Part shown: piece after piece, positions 21,136 through 29,102 of the stretch
Numbering within the stretch: the first letter of the stretch is position 1
Layout of the letters: each line of letters begins with the position of its first letter
Assembly: GCA_041617155.1 (NCBI GenBank)
Contig: JBFJPL010000001.1
Span: 18,834 to 82,833 of the forward strand
Direction of reading: 5' to 3'
From: Kiloniellales bacterium
GTDB lineage: Bacteria > Pseudomonadota > Alphaproteobacteria > Kiloniellales > JAKSDN01
DNA: 64,000 bases
Program-made: the position numbers and the translations under genes
Notes under the pieces: model-generated
Told to the model about the DNA's origin: nothing
The model's input: the letters and a program-made list of their open reading frames with translations, nothing else
Database searches by the model: none

Positions 21136-21924
21136 GTGTCATCGTCGTTCAAGCCGGATTCCGACAACCCGCTGGCAGTCAATGGGCCGGTCGCCCGATA
21201 CGGTCCGTGCCGGGCCTGCAACCCGTGCGAGGTCTGCCCGGTCCGGGATCTCAGCGTGTGCGGCGCCTTCGAGCCCCACGAGCTCGACCGCCTCAACGCC
21301 ATCGTCACGAGGACCCGCCTCCTCGCCGAACAGGCCGTCTTCTACGAATGGGATTCCGCCGATCACGTGTTCAACGTGACGGAAGGCGTTATCCGGCTGT
21401 CGAAAATGCTGCCCGATGGGCGGCGCCAGATCACCGGCTTCCTGTTTCCGGGGGATTTCCTCGGCATCGCCTATGCCGAGACCTACGCCTATACGGCGGA
21501 AGCGGTCTGCCCGGTGGCCCTGTGCCGCTTCCAGAGGCGGCAGCTGGAAAGCCTGTGCCACGAGTTCCCCGAATTGGAAAGACGCATACTCGGCATGGCC
21601 TCCAACGAGATTGTCGAGGCCCAGGAGCAGATGCTGATGCTGGGACGCAAGACCGCCCAGGAGAAGTTGGCGAGTTTTCTCTGCCGCTTGTCAAACCTCT
21701 CCGAGCGCCTGGAGCGGTCGATCGATTCGATCAGTCTGCCGATGAACCGTACGGACATTGCCGATTACCTCGGCCTAACCACGGAGACGGTGAGCCGAAC
21801 ATTCTCCCAACTGGCGAAACAGGGGGTTCTCGAACTTGCTTCCGCGCAGCATGTGATTCTGCGGCAGCGGGAAAAGCTGTTGGAGCTGGCCGAGGGCAAT
21901 GCCCGATACCAAAGTCCACTGTGA
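21136..21924 (+). CDS. Crp/Fnr-family regulator, Fnr/FnrN type with N-terminal Cys cluster
   Basis: CRACNPCEVCPVRDLSVCG plus central Cys residues (AVCPVALC), a cNMP-like barrel, and HTH RTDIADYLGLTTETVSRTFSQL with the E--SR recognition motif. GTG at 21136 follows GGGAGG. The track start at 21127 is also possible. Confidence 0.88.
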   Translation: MSSSFKPDSDNPLAVNGPVARYGPCRACNPCEVCPVRDLSVCGAFEPHELDRLNAIVTRTRLLAEQAVFYEWDSADHVFNVTEGVIRLSKMLPDGRRQITGFLFPGDFLGIAYAETYAYTAEAVCPVALCRFQRRQLESLCHEFPELERRILGMASNEIVEAQEQMLMLGRKTAQEKLASFLCRLSNLSERLERSIDSISLPMNRTDIADYLGLTTETVSRTFSQLAKQGVLELASAQHVILRQREKLLELAEGNARYQSPL

Positions 21925-21958
21925 GTGGCCTTCGGTATCAACCGGGTCGGCCACGGAT

Positions 21959-22444
21959 TCAGCCGAGAGCGAGAAAGCTTTTGCCGAACAGGGCCGACTC
22001 TTCGCGGTATCCGGCGGCCTCCAGCAGGTCGATCGCCACCCGGTTGCGATCTGGCTGGCCGTCGTCCGGCCGCGGTTCGAGCAACGACAGGCGAATATAG
22101 CTGCAGTTCCAGTTGCGGGCACAGGACTCGGTGGCCCGCAGAAGCGTGCTGGTCGCACGCTGACCACCGGTCAGATCGAGGCACACGAAGTTCTCGACCT
22201 CCAGGACCCGGCCACCGTGCAATACTGGCTTCAGGCGGCATGCCGCGAGGCCGTGGATATAGCCTTGTCGGCTTTGCACCGTGATAATATCCCGCCTGCC
22301 GAAATTTCGGGACGGCTCGATGAAGGCTTGCGCATAGCTCAACCAGCTATCCAAGGTCAGGTGAGGGTCGAGAATCCTGACCAGAGGAAAGGCTTGCGCA
22401 ACCTGCTTGGCGTCGAGAGGCCGGACGATATAGGGGTTCATCAC
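21959..22444 (-). CDS. Hypothetical protein, possibly a GNAT-fold acetyltransferase
   Basis: 161-aa ORF convergent with the fnr-like gene. Only loose resemblance to GNAT. Confidence 0.5.
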   Translation of the reverse strand: MMNPYIVRPLDAKQVAQAFPLVRILDPHLTLDSWLSYAQAFIEPSRNFGRRDIITVQSRQGYIHGLAACRLKPVLHGGRVLEVENFVCLDLTGGQRATSTLLRATESCARNWNCSYIRLSLLEPRPDDGQPDRNRVAIDLLEAAGYREESALFGKSFLALG

Positions 22445-22531
22445 TACTGAGCCACTTCGACGTTCATCAATGTTCGCTGCATGGGCGGCCTACCCAGGGC
22501 TGAAGTGTCGTCTGTCCAACCGGACTTCTCT

Positions 22532-22545
22532 TTGACCTAGGTCAA
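22532..22545. promoter_or_regulatory. FNR/FixK-type anaerobox TTGACCTAGGTCAA
   Basis: Perfect 14-bp dyad, 67 bp upstream of the cytochrome c GTG at 22613. Confidence 0.72.
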
Positions 22546-22612
22546 TGAAACATGCCGGTGCGGGGGGGATATTTAGCTGGGCTTGTCTTGGTTGGCGCGC
22601 GAAGGGGTAGTT

Positions 22613-22948
22613 GTGAGATTTCAGGCCGTGAGCTTTCTCGGCTGTTTCGTCTTGGTGTTGCCGGTTGTGGCACAGGCACAGTCCGTCTACGGAACCGACG
22701 CCTGGGCTATCGAGCACGGTGACGCAGTACGCGGCGAACGCCTTTTTCGGCAACATTGCAGGGCCTGCCACAGGGCCGATACCTTGGCCAATGCGCTATT
22801 TCCACTGGAGGACCCGGAATCAAACAAACTCTGCGTCTTTCTCGAGACCCACGGCGCGACGGACGAGGCCCGGGACTGCGACCTGATTGCCTACTTGAGC
22901 CGGATTGCATCGGAGCGATGGAACAAAATCGAAATGGAAGGTAGATGA
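22613..22948 (+). CDS. Small secreted c-type cytochrome
   Basis: Signal peptide (M)RFQAVSFLGCFVLVLPVVAQA and a single CRACH heme-binding motif. GTG follows AAGGGG. Confidence 0.75.
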   Translation: MRFQAVSFLGCFVLVLPVVAQAQSVYGTDAWAIEHGDAVRGERLFRQHCRACHRADTLANALFPLEDPESNKLCVFLETHGATDEARDCDLIAYLSRIASERWNKIEMEGR

Positions 22949-23241
22949 GCACCTCTTACCCTAGCCAAAAGACGCCGGCCACGCCGGTGGGGCTCTCGCA
23001 CGACCAGATCGTTGCGCTCACCGGCCCCATTGAGGATGCCAAGATCGCCGCCATAGAGGGCTGCGGCGCGACCCTTGAGGAACTGGAAGAGGCCGTTGCC
23101 TGGGCGCGTGGCCAGGACGATGTCATGGGCAAGTCCGAACTGCCCTTCACCGCACGGGTGGCCGAGCTCTACGATATCCTGACGATCGGCGAAGACTACG
23201 GCGACGAGCGCGATGAGCCGCCCGGTAAATCAGAGCCCTAG
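22945..23241 (+). CDS. Hypothetical acidic protein, 98 aa
   Basis: ATGA-coupled to the cytochrome c stop. GC3-rich. No family recognised. Confidence 0.6.
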   Translation: MSTSYPSQKTPATPVGLSHDQIVALTGPIEDAKIAAIEGCGATLEELEEAVAWARGQDDVMGKSELPFTARVAELYDILTIGEDYGDERDEPPGKSEP

Positions 23242-24616
23242 TCCCAACCCGTGGCCGGTCGCCGGGTCGGGCCGCGGGCTTGAAACGGGTCTTTTGCTGA
23301 CCGATCTCTATGAACTGAACATGATGCAGGCCTACCTGGAGGCCGGCATGACCAAGACCGCGGTCTTCGAGTTCTTCGTCCGCAAGCTGCCCGGGAGCCG
23401 AGGTTTTCTGATGGCGGCGGGCCTCGCCCAGGCCGTCGAGTTTCTCGAAACTGCGTGCTTCACCGAGGCCGAGTTGCGTTGGCTCGCCGAGAGCGGACGG
23501 TTCAGCCGCGATTTTATCGACCACCTCGCCGGCTTCCGCTTTACCGGCGACGTCCATGCCATGGCGGAAGGCACGGTCTTCTTCGCCGATGAGCCGATCC
23601 TTCGGGTCACGGCTCCGCTGCCCGAGGCGCAATTGATAGAAACCCGGCTGATCAACCTGTTGCACTTCCAGACGGTGATCGCCTCGAAAGCGGCGCGCAT
23701 GGTGCTAGCGGCGCCGGACAAGCAGCTCGTCGACTTTGGCCTGCGCCGGGCCCACGGCGCCGAGGCCGGCTTGCTGGCGGCGCGGGCCAGCTACCTGGCC
23801 GGTTTCGCCGGCAGCGCGACGACGCCGGCGCTGCCCTGCTTCGGCGTGCCGATCTACGGCACCATGGCGCATTCCTTCGTCCAGGCCTACGACGAGGAAG
23901 CCGAGGCCTTCGAGGCTTTCGCCCGTTCCCGGCCGGACAATGTCGTCCTGCTGCTCGACACCTACGACACCGAGGCCGCGGCCCACAAGGTCGTCGCGCT
24001 CGCGCCGCGACTGCAGCGGTTAGGGATCGCGCTGCGCGGCGTCCGCCTGGACAGCGGAGATCTGGCCGAGCACGCGCGTCAGGTCCGGCGAATTCTCGAC
24101 GACGGCGCACTCGCCGAGGTCATGATCTTTGCCAGCGGCGGCATCGATGAGGGGCAGCTGCAGCGCCACACCGCGCAGGCCGTGCCGATCGACGGTTACG
24201 GCATCGGCACGAGCCTGACCACTGCCTCGGACGCGCCTTGCCTGGACTGCGCCTACAAGATCCAGGAATATGACCGCCGGCCGAAGCGCAAGCGATCGGA
24301 GGGTAAGGCCACGTGGCCGGGCCGCAAACAGGTGTTTCGGCACAGCGATGAGGACGGCGTAATCGTCGGCGATCTGTTGACGCTCCACGACGAACCCGGT
24401 ACGGGCCGTGCCCTGATTCGTCAGGTTCTGTCCGGCGGCAGCCGTTGCGCCCCGCTGCCCTCCCTTGCCGAGGCCCGGACCCACGCGGCCATGGAATTGC
24501 GAAGCCTGCCGTCGCATCTGCGCCGGCTCGAAACCGCCCCGGCCTACCCGGTGGCAGTCTCCGCACGATTGAGGGCGCTGACGAGGGACCTCGACCTCGG
24601 GGTCGAGGCGGCCTGA
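23213..24616 (+). CDS. pncB: Nicotinate phosphoribosyltransferase
   Basis: LLTDLYELNMMQAY...FGLRRAHG...GTMAHSFVQAY...LLLDTYDT...RLDSGDL...ASGGIDE. The start is uncertain: ATG 23213 overlaps the upstream gene, and TTG 23294 is an alternative. Confidence 0.9.
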   Translation: MSRPVNQSPSPNPWPVAGSGRGLETGLLLTDLYELNMMQAYLEAGMTKTAVFEFFVRKLPGSRGFLMAAGLAQAVEFLETACFTEAELRWLAESGRFSRDFIDHLAGFRFTGDVHAMAEGTVFFADEPILRVTAPLPEAQLIETRLINLLHFQTVIASKAARMVLAAPDKQLVDFGLRRAHGAEAGLLAARASYLAGFAGSATTPALPCFGVPIYGTMAHSFVQAYDEEAEAFEAFARSRPDNVVLLLDTYDTEAAAHKVVALAPRLQRLGIALRGVRLDSGDLAEHARQVRRILDDGALAEVMIFASGGIDEGQLQRHTAQAVPIDGYGIGTSLTTASDAPCLDCAYKIQEYDRRPKRKRSEGKATWPGRKQVFRHSDEDGVIVGDLLTLHDEPGTGRALIRQVLSGGSRCAPLPSLAEARTHAAMELRSLPSHLRRLETAPAYPVAVSARLRALTRDLDLGVEAA

Positions 24617-24633
24617 AGAAAGGATTTGTCCAA

Positions 24634-25083
24634 ATGAAACGCATCAAGACTTGGATCCTGATTGCCGACGGCGTACAGGCACGGCTGGTCTACAACGACG
24701 GGCCCGGACATGGCGTCAAGGCGGCATCGGAGAAAGTACTCCATGGCCGTAACCTGCCCGGCCGCGAAATCAACAGCGACCGGCCCGGCCGGACCTTCGA
24801 TTCCGCCGGCAAGGGGCGTCACGCGAAAGAGCCGCCGACCGACCCCCGCGACAACGAAAAGCAACATTTCGCACGCCGTCTGGCGGAGCTGCTCGACAAC
24901 GGGGCCAAGCGGGCGCGCTACGACCGCCTCGTGATCGTCGCGCCACCGAGGGCGCTCGGCCAGCTGCGCGCCGTACTCTCCGACCGCGTGCGCGCCAAGG
25001 TTTGCGGCGAACTGGACAAGGATCTCACGAACGTGCCGATGGGCGAATTGGCGCAACACCTTGAGTCGGTGTTGACGGGCTAG
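24634..25083 (+). CDS. Host-attachment-protein family protein
   Basis: TWILIADGVQARLV...SDRPGRTFDSAGKGRHAKEPPTDPRDNEKQHFARRLAELL...DRLVIVAPPRALGQLR...LDKDLTN matches the family pattern as I recall it. The track start at 24445 is over-extended. Confidence 0.8.
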   Translation: MKRIKTWILIADGVQARLVYNDGPGHGVKAASEKVLHGRNLPGREINSDRPGRTFDSAGKGRHAKEPPTDPRDNEKQHFARRLAELLDNGAKRARYDRLVIVAPPRALGQLRAVLSDRVRAKVCGELDKDLTNVPMGELAQHLESVLTG

Positions 25084-25118
25084 CACCGCGGCTCGGTTTG
25101 CAACTTGAGGAGCGGACC

Positions 25119-25646
25119 ATGATCAAGACTATCCTGGTGCCGACCGATGGGTCGGATCATGCCGAAAAGGCAATCGTTCTGGCGGCTGATATCGCCCAGA
25201 AATACGAGGCGCGCCTGGTGTTTCTGCACGTTCTACGGCACGGCCCCTTGCCGGAATCGTTACGCCGCATGGCCGATGTCGAGCACGTTGCCAGTGTCGC
25301 CTCAAGCCCGGCCTCTGCGCCCTTTGCCGCCGTCCCGCCGGGGCGCTTTCCAGCCGGCGTCGTGAACCGCAAGGAAGACACGAGCCGCGAGGTCTATGAG
25401 TTCGTAGGCCAGCAGGCCTTGCGACGGGCCGAGAAGATCGCCAACGGGAACGGCGTGACGGCGACGAAAACCGTGATGGAGGACGGCGATCCGGCGCAGC
25501 TGATACTGGAACATGCCGACAAGGAGGGCGCCAATCTGATCGTCATGGGCTGCCGAGGGCTGAGTGATTTGAAAGGGCTGCTCATGGGCAGCGTGTCCCA
25601 TAAGGTCAGCCATCTCGCGAACTGCACCTGTGTGACGGTGAGGTGA
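25119..25646 (+). CDS. Universal stress protein (UspA family)
   Basis: MIKTILVPTDGSDHAEKA...LIVMGCRGLSDLKGLLMGSVSHKVSHLANCTCVTV. Confidence 0.88.
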   Translation: MIKTILVPTDGSDHAEKAIVLAADIAQKYEARLVFLHVLRHGPLPESLRRMADVEHVASVASSPASAPFAAVPPGRFPAGVVNRKEDTSREVYEFVGQQALRRAEKIANGNGVTATKTVMEDGDPAQLILEHADKEGANLIVMGCRGLSDLKGLLMGSVSHKVSHLANCTCVTVR

Positions 25647-25674
25647 GCGGCGAGACCCATGGGCTCTCCGTGAA

Positions 25675-26916
25675 TTGGAATTCTTCGCCGACCTGCTGGT
25701 ACTGCTGGTTCTAACCCGGATTCTGGGCGAGCTGGCCGAGCGTGTGGGGCAGCCCGCATCGGTCGGCGAGCTTTGTGCGGGAGTTCTTCTAGCGGCGCTG
25801 GCGGCTTGGTTGGCGCCACAGCTGCCCTACCTGGGCCGGCTCGCCGCCAGCGAGAACCTGGCGACAATTGTCGACATCGCGATTTTCTTTCTGGTCCTGC
25901 TGGCCAGCGTGGAGTTGGAGCCCGAGGAAATCGCGCGGCGTTCACCGGGTGCTCTCGCCGTTGCCTTGGGGGGCATGCTCGTTCCGCTGTTGGCCGGCGC
26001 GGCTTTGGCCTGGCTTTTCCTGCCCGATTCCGAACTGAAGCAAGGCCAGGTTCTGCTGGTCGGCGTGGCCATGTCGATCTCGGCGATTCCGGCCACCGTA
26101 AAGATCTTTGCGGATCTAAACCTGCTGCATGCCCGGGTCGGGCAAACCGTGGTGGCGGCCGCGATTTTCGACGACGTGTTCGGCTTGATCTTGCTCGCGA
26201 TCCTGGTTGCCGTCATCCAGACCGGTCAAGTTCCCAACCTGCCGGCACTCGGGTTGCTGTTTGCCAAGGTGGCCGGATTTTTCGCCATTACCATGGCGCT
26301 GGGCGTCCACGTATATCCCCGGGTCCGACGCGGCCTCAAGCTCATGCAGGCCACCGCCATGGAATTCAGCGCCCTCGTTGCGGTTGCGCTGGCCTACGGA
26401 CTGCTGGCCGAACTGCTGAACATGCACTGGGTGCTGGGCGCCTTCATGGCCGGGCTCTATTTCGAGAAGTCGCGGGTCGGAATTCGTGCCTACAACGAAA
26501 TGCGGGTGATCCTCACAGCGCTGGCCGGCGGTTTCCTTGGGCCGATTTTTTTCGCCGCGATTGGCCTGCGGGTCGATCTCAACGCGATCACCGAGGTGCC
26601 GCTGTTCCTGGCGCTGCTCATCGCCATCGCCTTCTTAGGCAAGCTGGTCGGTGCCGGCCTGCCGGCGCTCTGGTCCGGGCTGGGCAGACCCGAGGCCTTG
26701 GCCGTCGGCGCCGGCATGGGGGCCCGCGGGGCGATCGAGATAGTCGTGATATCGATCGCCTACGAAGCCGGCCTTTTCGTTGTGCCGGAGCCGACGGCGC
26801 CGGTCGTCACACACCTCTATTCGGCGCTGATCCTGATGGCTGCGTCGACGACGTTGCTCACGCCGATACTACTGCGCCGGATCGTTCCAGCGATCCGGCC
26901 CCCGGCCGATCGCTAG
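25675..26916 (+). CDS. Cation:proton antiporter (CPA2/Kef-type Na+/H+ exchanger family)
   Basis: Polytopic: LLVLLVLTRILGELAERVGQPASVGELCAGVLL... with about 12 hydrophobic segments. Confidence 0.85.
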   Translation: MEFFADLLVLLVLTRILGELAERVGQPASVGELCAGVLLAALAAWLAPQLPYLGRLAASENLATIVDIAIFFLVLLASVELEPEEIARRSPGALAVALGGMLVPLLAGAALAWLFLPDSELKQGQVLLVGVAMSISAIPATVKIFADLNLLHARVGQTVVAAAIFDDVFGLILLAILVAVIQTGQVPNLPALGLLFAKVAGFFAITMALGVHVYPRVRRGLKLMQATAMEFSALVAVALAYGLLAELLNMHWVLGAFMAGLYFEKSRVGIRAYNEMRVILTALAGGFLGPIFFAAIGLRVDLNAITEVPLFLALLIAIAFLGKLVGAGLPALWSGLGRPEALAVGAGMGARGAIEIVVISIAYEAGLFVVPEPTAPVVTHLYSALILMAASTTLLTPILLRRIVPAIRPPADR

Positions 26917-26947
26917 AGCGTTATCCGTTCGCGTAGGGTCGGTGCCG

Positions 26948-27012
26948 GCCCGCTCCCCCTCCCGGCCGCCCATATCATACGATTCCGTGGGCGGCCGGGA
27001 GGGGGAGCGGGC
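26948..27012. terminator. 25-bp perfect GC-rich hairpin (15-nt loop) between convergent genes
   Basis: GCCCGCTCCCCCTCCCGGCCGCCCA (26948-26972) pairs perfectly with 26988-27012. There is no flanking T-run, so it may be a bidirectional terminator or a REP-like element. Confidence 0.55.
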
Positions 27013-27037
27013 TGGATCGACTTGTTCGGATAATGCG

Positions 27038-28027
27038 CTAGTCCGTGGGCAGGGTGAACTCGGCGACCACGGGCGCGTGGTAGGATTCGGGACTGTGGCC
27101 GAGCGTAGCATGGGCCAAGAGTTCGTCGCTCAAGGCCTCGTTATGCGCTTCCAGATGACGGTAGTGCGCGAGCAGGCCGCGTGATACCAGAAGGTGATCC
27201 AGCATCACCCTGCGGCCACCATGAACGACGGAAAACCGCTGCGATTGCGGCAGCGTCCGTTCGAGCGGCACGAGGGCGCGCGAGGCCAATCTTCCATTGC
27301 CGGTATCCTCGACATCGCCGCGAATGATCCTGAGCGGCATCTCCCGTTCCTCGGCGTTGAAATCGCCGCAGACGGCAATCAGCGCCTCCGGTTCGGCGTC
27401 GAAGATCCGCTCGACCAGCAGGCGCGCCTCCAAGGCTTGGCCGCAGCGTTTTACCGTCGCCAGGAAGAAGCCCTCCGCCCAGCCGCCAACACTGCGCCAG
27501 GCAAAGGGATCCAGCTTTTGCCCCGGCACCGGCGCGGCGAGCGGCGCGCGCAGGTGCAGATTGACGACGTCGATGGGCACGCCGCCGTCCGGCACGACCG
27601 TGGCCTTGAGTATTGGCCGGTCCCATTCGATTGGTGAAGCCTCGGCCGCGGGTGGCTCGGCCGTTGCGGTGCGGTAGGCGGGCCTTGAAACCAGGTCGTG
27701 GTGCAGTTGCTCGCTGGAGTCGATCGGCCAGCGGCTGAGGATCACGAGGTTGTGCACGTCGGTCACGCCACGGCCACCCGAACGCTTGGTCGAGGCGCGG
27801 TCGAAGTCGGCATAGGGCGTGGTTTCGAGCAGACGGTCGAGTGCGAGCAGGCGCCGGACGCCACCGCCGGCCGGCCGTTGGCCGTTGACCTCCTGGAGAC
27901 ACAGCACATCGGCGTTGAGCCGCAGCAGTTGCGGCCGCAGCTGCGCAATGCGCGCTGCCAGCGGCGGATCCCGCGCTGGCCGGTCGTCCAGGTTCTCCAG
28001 GTTGAAGGTGGCGATGCGGATCGGCAT
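27038..28027 (-). CDS. Endonuclease/exonuclease/phosphatase (EEP) family protein
   Basis: MPIRIATFNLENL...DVLCLQEVN...GDFN...DHLLVS motifs. The track ORF (to 28324) is over-extended. Confidence 0.85.
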   Translation of the reverse strand: MPIRIATFNLENLDDRPARDPPLAARIAQLRPQLLRLNADVLCLQEVNGQRPAGGGVRRLLALDRLLETTPYADFDRASTKRSGGRGVTDVHNLVILSRWPIDSSEQLHHDLVSRPAYRTATAEPPAAEASPIEWDRPILKATVVPDGGVPIDVVNLHLRAPLAAPVPGQKLDPFAWRSVGGWAEGFFLATVKRCGQALEARLLVERIFDAEPEALIAVCGDFNAEEREMPLRIIRGDVEDTGNGRLASRALVPLERTLPQSQRFSVVHGGRRVMLDHLLVSRGLLAHYRHLEAHNEALSDELLAHATLGHSPESYHAPVVAEFTLPTD

Positions 28028-28068
28028 GGCTCCGAAAGCAGTTTGCCGGCCAGAGCCGTCCCCGAAGC

Positions 28069-28341
28069 TCAGGCGGCGGGCTGGTTTTCCGGATGCGTCG
28101 CTATGAAGTGGCGCAGGACCATGCGGAGCTTCAGGGCGTGACCCCAGTCCCCGCGGGCGTGTGCCGCGTGGATGTCGTCGACGATGATTCGCTTCAGCAT
28201 CGGCACGCCCTCGGGCGAGTGAATCAGGTAGCTGCCGAGCTCGGCGGCAATGATTTCGGGGCAATGTTCGTGCTCGGCGACCGCGTCGACCTCCTCCTCG
28301 GTCAGGTCCGAAAGTGCGATGCAATCGTTTAGTGTCAGCAT
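28069..28341 (-). CDS. Hypothetical protein, 90 aa
   Basis: ORF between the hemerythrin and EEP genes on the same strand, with short gaps. No family recognised. Confidence 0.55.
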   Translation of the reverse strand: MLTLNDCIALSDLTEEEVDAVAEHEHCPEIIAAELGSYLIHSPEGVPMLKRIIVDDIHAAHARGDWGHALKLRMVLRHFIATHPENQPAA

Positions 28342-28393
28342 TCGGATCGCTCCCTAGTGACTCACAGATGTTTCAGGACAACCGGCATCCCGC

Positions 28394-28861
28394 TCAGACG
28401 CTCCAAGAGACTTCGACGCCCTTGAACCGTTTGGCGACGTCCTTCGCCACCGTGCTGCTTTCCACGTAAGGGCGATAGGCCATGTCCTCGATCAGGATGT
28501 GATGGTTGAGCCATTCGCGGAGAAAGCTGAGGAGTTCGTCCTTGATCATCGTGGAAGCGGCCTCCGCGTCGGCATCGAAATGTTCCGTCACCTCCTGAAT
28601 CTGCTTGATAAAATCCCTGTGCTCGGTTTTTTGAACATCGATGCCCGGAAAATTGCAGGCGATCATCACACGCTCTTCCCGTGCGAAATGAAACTCCGCG
28701 TAACGTTGCAGGGCCACAAGGCATTGTCGAACGACCTCGTGCCGCATTGATTCGCCGACGTTGGCGTTCAACTGGTTGATGATCTTGATGAGCGTCCTGT
28801 GATCGTCGTCCAGTTCGGACAGGCCGACGCTCATTTCCGTTGTCCATCGTATGAGGGGCAT
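28394..28861 (-). CDS. Bacteriohemerythrin
   Basis: W...MSVGLSELDDDHRTLIKIINQL...YAEFHFAREERVM...EHRDFI...FLREWLNHHILIEDM shows the His/Glu/Asp diiron ligand pattern. Confidence 0.88.
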   Translation of the reverse strand: MPLIRWTTEMSVGLSELDDDHRTLIKIINQLNANVGESMRHEVVRQCLVALQRYAEFHFAREERVMIACNFPGIDVQKTEHRDFIKQIQEVTEHFDADAEAASTMIKDELLSFLREWLNHHILIEDMAYRPYVESSTVAKDVAKRFKGVEVSWSV

Positions 28862-28968
28862 AGGTATTCAAGCTCCCTGCCTCTAGCGGTTCGGCGGCCT
28901 GGGTCCATAGGCGACGGCCGGAAACCGGCGAACAGGCAAACTCTACCGCTTGCCGGTCCTTGCCAGCA

Positions 28969-28982
28969 TTGATCGAGATCAA
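28969..28982. promoter_or_regulatory. FNR/FixK-type anaerobox TTGATCGAGATCAA (perfect consensus)
   Basis: 107 bp upstream of the hemerythrin start at 28861 (minus strand). Confidence 0.75.
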
Positions 28983-29012
28983 ATCGCAGCCACGATGCCG
29001 CCGCGCGATCGA

Positions 29013-29026
29013 TTGATCTAAATCAT
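29013..29026. promoter_or_regulatory. FNR/FixK-type anaerobox TTGATCTAAATCAT (one mismatch)
   Basis: 76 bp upstream of the plus-strand hemerythrin-domain gene. Centre-to-centre distance to the 28969 box is 44 bp. Confidence 0.65.
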
Positions 29027-29102
29027 GGAAGTGCCGGCGCGGCGTGTGCATCTTAGCGGCAATCGCAGGCTGGCCGAGCAGCGGCCGGCGGAGGTGTGAG
29101 TC

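Noticed and set aside
26869-27184. Two mirror-image 80-aa ORFs (26869-27111 minus, 26942-27184 plus) that share SPSRPP...SYD peptides.
   Set aside because: They are artefacts of reading both strands through the 25-bp perfect inverted repeat. They overlap the 3' ends of real convergent genes.
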